64,000 nt of DNA, from positions 42,641 through 106,640 of the forward strand of contig CBFIJD010000006.1 of assembly GCA_965662845.1 (NCBI GenBank), given 5' to 3'. A program made the position numbers and the translations under genes. The notes beneath the pieces were generated by a model. That model saw nothing but the letters and a program-made list of their open reading frames with translations. It ran no database searches and was not told where the DNA came from. This DNA is from an uncultured bacterium (GTDB lineage Bacteria > SAR324 > NAC60-12). Shown one piece after another: positions 30,044 to 36,513 of this stretch (position 1 is its first letter; each line of letters starts with the position of its first letter).

Positions 30044-30637
30044 TTATTTCGCTATGTAAAGAAGTGGAAACAAGAAAATCCAGACAATATCTACAAAGTG
30101 CCAATAAAGCCCGATGAGCTCGACTCGTTGCAAATTAAAACCTTTTTTCACGTCACGGGCGATCAAGAACATGATGAACATTCCACCAATCACATGCAAT
30201 GCATGGAGTCCTGTCGCGGTGTAATAAAAAGACCAGAAAGTATTTGTGAGTGGAGTTCTTAAGTGTTCAGGATCATGAGCCAGCAATTTCGCTGAATATT
30301 CATAAGCTTTCACGCCAAGAAAGATGAAGCCACCGCAGATTGTGTAGTAAATGAATCGTACAGCGCGGTCTTTGTCTTTCTTTTCCGCAGCGTCGTGGGC
30401 AAGAACAATGAACAGACTTGATGTCAGAAGCACAAAGGTGTTGATGGCTCCCGCTGCTGTCTTGGTCATCGCAGCTTCTTCAGCCCACCACGGATTGTTT
30501 AAGCGATACAACAGATAAGCTGCTAACAAACCTCCAAAAATGAAGACCTCTGAGGCGAGAACCCACCAAACGGCGAGCCGTCCGGTGGGGATGCCTGTTG
30601 CCGATCTTCCTGTTGCAATTGGTCCATGCGTTGCCAT
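30044..30637 (-). CDS. Cytochrome c oxidase subunit III
   Basis: LASEVFIFGGL, NTFVLLTSS, TGLHALHV, GLYWHFVDIVWIFLFPLLY. Confidence 0.95.
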   Translation of the reverse strand: MATHGPIATGRSATGIPTGRLAVWWVLASEVFIFGGLLAAYLLYRLNNPWWAEEAAMTKTAAGAINTFVLLTSSLFIVLAHDAAEKKDKDRAVRFIYYTICGGFIFLGVKAYEYSAKLLAHDPEHLRTPLTNTFWSFYYTATGLHALHVIGGMFIMFLIARDVKKGFNLQRVELIGLYWHFVDIVWIFLFPLLYIAK

Positions 30638-30652
30638 GTGAGTCCTTTTTCT

Positions 30653-30671
30653 AGGAGGGCGCAGCCCTCCT
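30653..30671. other. Perfect GC-rich intergenic hairpin between the subunit I and subunit III genes
   Basis: AGGAGGGC-GCA-GCCCTCCT, no following U-tract on the coding strand. Confidence 0.7.
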
Positions 30672-30680
30672 GTTCAGTTG

Positions 30681-32396
30681 CTAGTTGCGATCTGGCATGT
30701 TTTGAGGCCAGTAATCTTCCTTGTTTCCGGGTACGCTATACTCGTAAGGGCCGCGGTATACGGTTGGGAGTTCAGCGAAATTGCCATGTGGTGGTGGCGA
30801 TGGAACAGTCCACTCCAGTGTATTGGCTTTCCATGGGTTGACCGAAGCTTTCTCACCCTTAAACATGCTTACGAAAAAGTTGTAAGCAAATGGAATTTGG
30901 AAGAGGAGCATTGTCACCAATGAAACTGTCGCAAAGACACGTAGTCCTTGCAGATCAGCCGTCGCCAAGTCTGGGAAGTGCTGATAGTTGTAAATTCGGC
31001 GATGCTGCCCAGCCATTCCGAGCAAGAACAACGGCAGGAAGATCCCGTTGAAGGGGATGATGGTTCCCCAGAAGTGAATCTTACCGAGGGTCTCGTCCAT
31101 CATTCGGCCGAACATCTTTGGATACCAGTAATAGAGCGCAGCGAACATGCCGATGATCGCGATTGGGAAAAACGTGTAGTGGAAGTGAGCGATCACAAAG
31201 TAAGTGTCGTGGAAGTAGATATCCATCGCACTTGCGCCCAAGTAAATTCCAGTTACTCCACCGAGCAAGAAGGTCACAAGAAAGCCCAGCGCCCAGAGCA
31301 TTGGAGTTTTGAACTCAATCGAACCGCCATAGAGAGTTGCCACGTAGCTAAACATGATCTCCGCGATGGGTATCGAGATCAGTAACGTCGTGACCGCAAA
31401 AACATTCGCCAAGCGTGGGTCAATACCCGCGATGAACTGGTGGTGCGCCCAAACTACGAAAGCTAAACCTCCTGTTGCGAAGGTTGTATAGAGGATGGTC
31501 TTGTATCCAAACAGTTTCTTGCGGGCAAAAGTGGTCATGATTTCAGCCACAATCCCCAGCGCGGGTAACAATACGACATATACTTCTGGGTGCCCGAAGA
31601 ACCAGAACAAGTGTTGCCATAGTACGGGATCACCTCCGCCTGACGGCAGGAAGAATGTGGTTCCTATACGCTGATCCATGAGCAGCATCACAGAACCGGC
31701 AACGAGAGGTCCCGCCGATGCCATAAACATGATCGAGGCAATGTTGATCATCCAGACGATAATAGGGATGTCTGTCATACGCATCCCTGGAGCGCGCGCG
31801 TTCATGGTTGTGGTCACAAAGTTGATCCCACCAATTAAGAAGGCCACGAACTCCAGCATCACCGCAATCAACCAAAGCGAGGCTCCCCAGTCCGTCAAAT
31901 TATACTCTGCGACGGACGAGAGCGGTGGATACGCGGTCCAAGCCCCTCCAAAGCCGCCTCCCTGCACGAAAAAGGACATGAACAAAACGATCACGCTCAC
32001 CAAGAAAATTTGGTAGGAGAGGCGATTGAGTCGCGGAAAGACCATGTCATCACAGCCGATCATCAATGGAATCAGATAGTTTCCGAACGCTGCGATGAGA
32101 ACAGGCATCGCAACCCAGAAGATCATGATTGAGCCATGGTTGGTGATCAGCATATTGTATTCTTCTGGCCCTACGTTGCCGTACAAGGGCACATCCATGC
32201 CAGGAAACGCCAACTGCATGCGGAAAGCATACGCAAAATACCCCCCCACGATCGCCATAAAGAGGCCTGTGAAGAGGTATTGCATCCCAATGATTTTGTG
32301 GTCAATGGAGAAGACGTACTTGCTCCAAAAACTTTGCTCGTGATGATCTCCGTGCTCGTGGGCATGGGAATCACTTGTCACAGTTACCTGCGCCAT
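30681..32396 (-). CDS. ctaD: Heme-copper oxidase subunit I, A1-type motif
   Basis: DHK.IG..Y, TNHG, DMVFPRLN, WFFGHPEVY, WAHH, HDTYF..AHFHY, RR. Confidence 0.97.
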   Translation of the reverse strand: MAQVTVTSDSHAHEHGDHHEQSFWSKYVFSIDHKIIGMQYLFTGLFMAIVGGYFAYAFRMQLAFPGMDVPLYGNVGPEEYNMLITNHGSIMIFWVAMPVLIAAFGNYLIPLMIGCDDMVFPRLNRLSYQIFLVSVIVLFMSFFVQGGGFGGAWTAYPPLSSVAEYNLTDWGASLWLIAVMLEFVAFLIGGINFVTTTMNARAPGMRMTDIPIIVWMINIASIMFMASAGPLVAGSVMLLMDQRIGTTFFLPSGGGDPVLWQHLFWFFGHPEVYVVLLPALGIVAEIMTTFARKKLFGYKTILYTTFATGGLAFVVWAHHQFIAGIDPRLANVFAVTTLLISIPIAEIMFSYVATLYGGSIEFKTPMLWALGFLVTFLLGGVTGIYLGASAMDIYFHDTYFVIAHFHYTFFPIAIIGMFAALYYWYPKMFGRMMDETLGKIHFWGTIIPFNGIFLPLFLLGMAGQHRRIYNYQHFPDLATADLQGLRVFATVSLVTMLLFQIPFAYNFFVSMFKGEKASVNPWKANTLEWTVPSPPPHGNFAELPTVYRGPYEYSVPGNKEDYWPQNMPDRN

Positions 32397-32416
32397 AAGT
32401 TCCTCCGAACTATTAC

Positions 32417-33190
32417 TCAGTTGAAACTGCTGAGCAGTTTATTTGTGAATGGCTCTTCATTAGAAGAGACGGCTTCAACACTCATTTGATTCAAACGCTT
32501 CTGATAGTCGCTCTCGTACGTTCGATTTTGGATCGCTTCCATCGTCGCGTTGTAAGACTCATCGTTCTCATGCACTACAATCGTTGCGCCCATAATCCCG
32601 TGGCCATATCCACACATCTCTGCGCACTCAATGTCATAACTCCCAGCTTTTGTTGGCTCGAACCAACCTGTCACCGTTCTCCCTGGGATCGTGTCTTGGC
32701 GCAAACGGAAGGCTGGTACTGAGAAGTTGTGTAGCACATCGCGCGATTCTAAGACAAAGTGATAGACAGTGTCTTTCTTCACGTGCAAATCATTTACCGT
32801 TGAAATGTCGTCCTCGGTATCTAATTTACCGTCTGGCCCAGAGTGTTGAAAAATCCAGCTCCACTGCTGACCCACCACTCGGATTTTATCTTCTGCCTCT
32901 GGCAGCGTCTGCTTTACGTCTACCCACACCATCACGGTGAAGACAATGATCACAACGTCCATCGCGATCACAGTGTAGTGCGGATAGTGCGTCCACTTCT
33001 TTTCTGAATGCAGCTCGCCTGTGATGTAGGCCGCTTTCACACCCTCACGACGGCGGAAACGAACCATTAAATACACCATCACGGCCAGCACCAACACAAA
33101 CCAAGCGCCGACGATCAGCGTGATTAGATCGAACAGGAAGTCGATCCTTGGTGCGTATGTTGAGGCGCTCTCAACAAAATATTCAATCAT
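32417..33190 (-). CDS. ctaC: Cytochrome c oxidase subunit II (CuA, no fused cytochrome c)
   Basis: Two TM helices, QQWSW, DVLH, CAEMCGYGHGIM CuA site. Confidence 0.96.
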   Translation of the reverse strand: MIEYFVESASTYAPRIDFLFDLITLIVGAWFVLVLAVMVYLMVRFRRREGVKAAYITGELHSEKKWTHYPHYTVIAMDVVIIVFTVMVWVDVKQTLPEAEDKIRVVGQQWSWIFQHSGPDGKLDTEDDISTVNDLHVKKDTVYHFVLESRDVLHNFSVPAFRLRQDTIPGRTVTGWFEPTKAGSYDIECAEMCGYGHGIMGATIVVHENDESYNATMEAIQNRTYESDYQKRLNQMSVEAVSSNEEPFTNKLLSSFN

Positions 33191-33199
33191 GGGTTCCTC

Positions 33200-33322
33200 C
33201 TATAGAATGAACATGATGATGGAGGCCATGAAGAGCACGCAACCTCCTGCGGTAATGTAAAAAACTTTGGCGGCCATCTCGTTGCCGTCTAGTTTTTTGA
33301 TGATTCTTTCCTCGTTCTCCAT
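33200..33322 (-). CDS. Small single-TM protein, 40 aa (MENEERIIKKLDGNEMAAKVFYITAGGCVLFMASIIMFIL)
   Basis: Manual translation, GAGGA RBS, fills the ctaB to subunit II gap, its stop overlaps the subunit II RBS (TAGGAGGA). Confidence 0.75.
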   Translation of the reverse strand: MENEERIIKKLDGNEMAAKVFYITAGGCVLFMASIIMFIL

Positions 33323-33330
33323 AAGTCCTC

Positions 33331-34233
33331 TTAGAGAAAGATCCTATCCAGCGTCAGTGCAACACACCAAGCTGGCAAGTAAATGATCGAGGCGAAGAAC
33401 ACTTTGCGAGCATTTTGCTCTGTTCTCTCGATCGCAAAACAGATTGATTTGTATAGGAAAAACACAGCGAGTAGCGTCGCCGTCGCCAAATAGAAGAGGT
33501 CTGCTTGGTCAAACCAGTACACCAGCGCTCCGGCAATCACTAGCAACGCAGTGTGCAAGATCATGTGTCGCGCTGTCAGGACGCCGTTCTCGTCGATCGC
33601 GGAAAGCATCCGAAAGCCGCCCTTCATGTACTCTTGTTTATACATCCAAGCAATCGCGAAGAAGTGTGGCATCTGCCAAACATATAAAACTAGACAAACG
33701 GATAGCGCGGCCCACTGCAACTCACCCGTCGCCGCGCTCCATCCCATGAGGGGCGGTAGCGCGCCTGTTACGGCGCCAACCCATGTGTTTGCGACTGTCT
33801 TCTGCTTGAGGGGAGTGTACAGGAGCAGGTAGGTCAGGTGCGTTGCTGCACCAAGCAGTGCCGTCAGCAGATTGACTTGAGTCCAGAGATAGCAAAAGCC
33901 TAGGACGCTGAGAGCGTTTCCTAGCCACAAGGCTTCCTCAGGAGCCACTCTGCCCGCTGGGATGGGACGAGATTTCGTGCGGCGCATTAGCGCATCGTGA
34001 TCTTTCTCATACCACTGATTCAGCGCATGTGCGCCGCCGCCAATCATCAGAGTTCCAATGATCAGGTGAAGCACGATCATTGGGTTGCTAGAAACGCCAG
34101 GTAGGTAATATCCCATCATAGTGCTCAAAACGACCATGATGAGAAGCCGCGGCTTAGTCAGCGCGACATAATCTTGGATTCGACTTCTCCACTGCCCAAT
34201 GGGAAGCCCAATCACTAGCTGTTTTGTTCTCAT
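33331..34233 (-). CDS. ctaB: Protoheme IX farnesyltransferase (heme O synthase)
   Basis: LTKPR, D..M.RT..RPIP.G, YTPLK, GALPPLMGW, WQMPHFFA. Confidence 0.96.
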   Translation of the reverse strand: MRTKQLVIGLPIGQWRSRIQDYVALTKPRLLIMVVLSTMMGYYLPGVSSNPMIVLHLIIGTLMIGGGAHALNQWYEKDHDALMRRTKSRPIPAGRVAPEEALWLGNALSVLGFCYLWTQVNLLTALLGAATHLTYLLLYTPLKQKTVANTWVGAVTGALPPLMGWSAATGELQWAALSVCLVLYVWQMPHFFAIAWMYKQEYMKGGFRMLSAIDENGVLTARHMILHTALLVIAGALVYWFDQADLFYLATATLLAVFFLYKSICFAIERTEQNARKVFFASIIYLPAWCVALTLDRIFL

Positions 34234-34343
34234 ATCCTCCTTGTATTGATCCTCTGAAACGGATTACACAAAAATGACACGCTTGAAGCAAGATAAAAAT
34301 CAATTTCATTTCTAAATTCAAAATCTCAAATATTTGATTATTT

Positions 34344-34364
34344 TGATAAATTTTAAATCTATCA
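34344..34364. promoter_or_regulatory. 10-1-10 palindrome just upstream of a TTGACA (-35, 34368-34373) for the ferredoxin operon
   Basis: TGATAAATTT-T-AAATCTATCA, 9 of 10 positions symmetric. Confidence 0.6.
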
Positions 34365-34446
34365 GGTTTGACATCCCCTCTGCATTGTCATATTCCTCCC
34401 GTTTTGTCTGGAAATTCTAATCGGAACCTGAGCACATAATTTGACT

Positions 34447-34683
34447 ATGGCTGACAAGCATCTGAGATTTTCCGATAATGTTTCTGGTCCTTTTTACGTT
34501 GATCAAGAGTGTATTGACTGCAACCTCTGCGCAGAAATCGCTCCTGACAATTTCGCGGCCAACCTCAAAGCTGGACACGATTATGTGTTCAAACAACCTA
34601 GCAATGAACGAGAGCGCAAACTTTGCTTAGAAGCCCTCGAGTCTTGCCCCGTCGAGGCAATCGGCCAAGACGGTGACACCTGA
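34447..34683 (+). CDS. Single-cluster ferredoxin
   Basis: YVDQECIDCNLC...CPVEAIG. Confidence 0.93.
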   Translation: MADKHLRFSDNVSGPFYVDQECIDCNLCAEIAPDNFAANLKAGHDYVFKQPSNERERKLCLEALESCPVEAIGQDGDT

Positions 34684-34706
34684 TTCCCTTCCCATGAGCA
34701 GTCTTT

Positions 34707-35423
34707 ATGAAATTTAAGGTCGTTTCCCCGAATGTTCCTCCTGAGCAGTCTACTGGCGCTGACGTACAAACTCGTATTCAAAACCTGCTTCGAGAAAACC
34801 CTGTCTTCCTCTTCATGAAAGGAACGCCTGAAGCTCCCCAGTGCGGCTTCTCCTATCGAGTCTGCGAGGTCTTGCGCAGCTGGGACGTGCCCTTTCGCTC
34901 TTTTAATGTCCTCAGTGACCCTGAAATTCGCCAAGGCATCAAAGACTTCGCGCAGTGGCCAACCATCCCGCAGCTCTACATCCAGCAAGAATTTGTCGGT
35001 GGTTGCGACATCATCGAAGAAATCTCTCAAAACGGAGAACTCAAAGGACTGCTAGAGAGCGCGTTCCCTGGGCAATCTTTTGAACCGCCGCCGCCGCCCG
35101 CACAAGTGCAAGCCTTAGCGCCCAGCGACGCGCAACAGATGATGAACGACAACGAAGACCTCACACTTTTAGATGTGAGAACACTAGAAGAGCGCGAATA
35201 CGCCTGCATCGAACGGTCGCGCCTCTTAGATCACAAACTCGCGGAAGAGATCTTGAATAGCTGGGACCCCAACACGCCGCTGCTACTGATCTGCCACCGC
35301 GGCATCCGAAGCTTAGAGGCTGCTCAGTTCTTCATCTCACGAGGGTTTCAACAAGTTTACAATGTGGAAGGAGGAATTGACCGCTGGTCTTCAGACGTCG
35401 ATTCTTCCATCCCTCGCTACTAA
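34707..35423 (+). CDS. grxD: Monothiol glutaredoxin (Grx4)-rhodanese fusion
   Basis: FMKGTP..PQCGFS, WPTIPQLY, GGCD, Pro linker, LLDVR...ICHRGIRS...GGI..W. Confidence 0.93.
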   Translation: MKFKVVSPNVPPEQSTGADVQTRIQNLLRENPVFLFMKGTPEAPQCGFSYRVCEVLRSWDVPFRSFNVLSDPEIRQGIKDFAQWPTIPQLYIQQEFVGGCDIIEEISQNGELKGLLESAFPGQSFEPPPPPAQVQALAPSDAQQMMNDNEDLTLLDVRTLEEREYACIERSRLLDHKLAEEILNSWDPNTPLLLICHRGIRSLEAAQFFISRGFQQVYNVEGGIDRWSSDVDSSIPRY

Positions 35424-35445
35424 CCGCCACCATCCTGAGTCCACC

Positions 35446-35823
35446 ATGAACACACCTACTGTCGAACTCACGGAACGGGCCGCGCAGGTGTTTTTGGAAG
35501 CCTGTGAGGCAGAAGGAAAATCTCACCAAGAATCCCGCTTAAGAATTGGCGCCAACCCCGGCGGGTGCTCTGGCTACAAATACGAACTCGAGTGGAACGC
35601 AGCGTCCGATCAACGTGATGAAGACCTGCTCCTTGAGTCGCAAGGCGTGCACATCCTCGTGGATCGCGCCTGTCTGCATGACATTTTAGGCCCCATCCGC
35701 ATCAGCTACAGCGAAGACAACCTTGTGGAGCAAGGCTTCGTTTTTGAGCAACTCATCAACGGACGCCAGTGTGGCTGTGGTGAGTCCTTTACCCCCGTGA
35801 AAGACCTCGCATCTCATGTATAA
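35446..35823 (+). CDS. HesB/IscA A-type Fe-S carrier
   Basis: GGCSG and CGCGESF. Confidence 0.93.
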   Translation: MNTPTVELTERAAQVFLEACEAEGKSHQESRLRIGANPGGCSGYKYELEWNAASDQRDEDLLLESQGVHILVDRACLHDILGPIRISYSEDNLVEQGFVFEQLINGRQCGCGESFTPVKDLASHV

Positions 35824-36442
35824 CGCGATTGAGTTCATCGCCAGCGGCCTCTGTTTCGGCCTCTTCGTCTACAAGTGGATCATCATCATCGCTGTCATCA
35901 TGACTTGGGTAAGCGCCGACCCGTTCAATCCATTCGTCATGTGGATCAACCGCGTCACTCGCCCCCTTTGGAATTGGTGTGATCGCTATCTCCCACTGGG
36001 CATGGGAGGTTTCAGCGCTTACGTCTCTATTCTCGTCGTGATCTTCGCCCAAGCACTGCTGCCGGCGACCTTACGCTCTCTTAACTTGTTTTTTGAAGGC
36101 GCGGTTTCGTCCACAGGGTTTGGCCTGCAGCTAGGCGGTCATTTGGTGCAAGCCAGCAGCATCGTCACTCAGAGCATCTTCTTCTTTTTCATGCTCATCT
36201 TGGTCTTTTGGTTTTTTCTGACGCTGGTCAACCCAGCGTACAACAACCCGATTGTCCAAGTGCTTCACATGCTAGCAGATCCACTGCTATCGCCACTGCA
36301 ACGCTACCTCCCACGCACTCGCTTCGACTACACTCCACTCGTCGGCGTGCTCCTGTTCTATCTACTCAATGCTTATCTCGTGAGCCCCATCGCCTACTAC
36401 GGCTCCACCCTCTCACAGCCCGTACAACTCTGTGTCTTCTAG
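35816..36442 (+). CDS. yggT: YggT family membrane protein (two repeats)
   Basis: WVSADPFNPFV...T.P and NP.YNNPIV...DPLL.PL repeats. Confidence 0.88.
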   Translation: MYNAIEFIASGLCFGLFVYKWIIIIAVIMTWVSADPFNPFVMWINRVTRPLWNWCDRYLPLGMGGFSAYVSILVVIFAQALLPATLRSLNLFFEGAVSSTGFGLQLGGHLVQASSIVTQSIFFFFMLILVFWFFLTLVNPAYNNPIVQVLHMLADPLLSPLQRYLPRTRFDYTPLVGVLLFYLLNAYLVSPIAYYGSTLSQPVQLCVF

Positions 36443-36513
36443 GCCTTTCTCTGTGAAATGGTCGATTTTTTGAAAGGCGCGCATAGCAAACCTCAACCTT
36501 ATTTGGCCACGCT

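Noticed and set aside
30681..32396. Subunit I as a nitric oxide reductase
   Set aside because: The cross-link Tyr, A1 Glu, D-channel entry Asp, CuA subunit II and subunits III/IV all fit an A-family O2 reductase. NO activity is not excluded but is unsupported.
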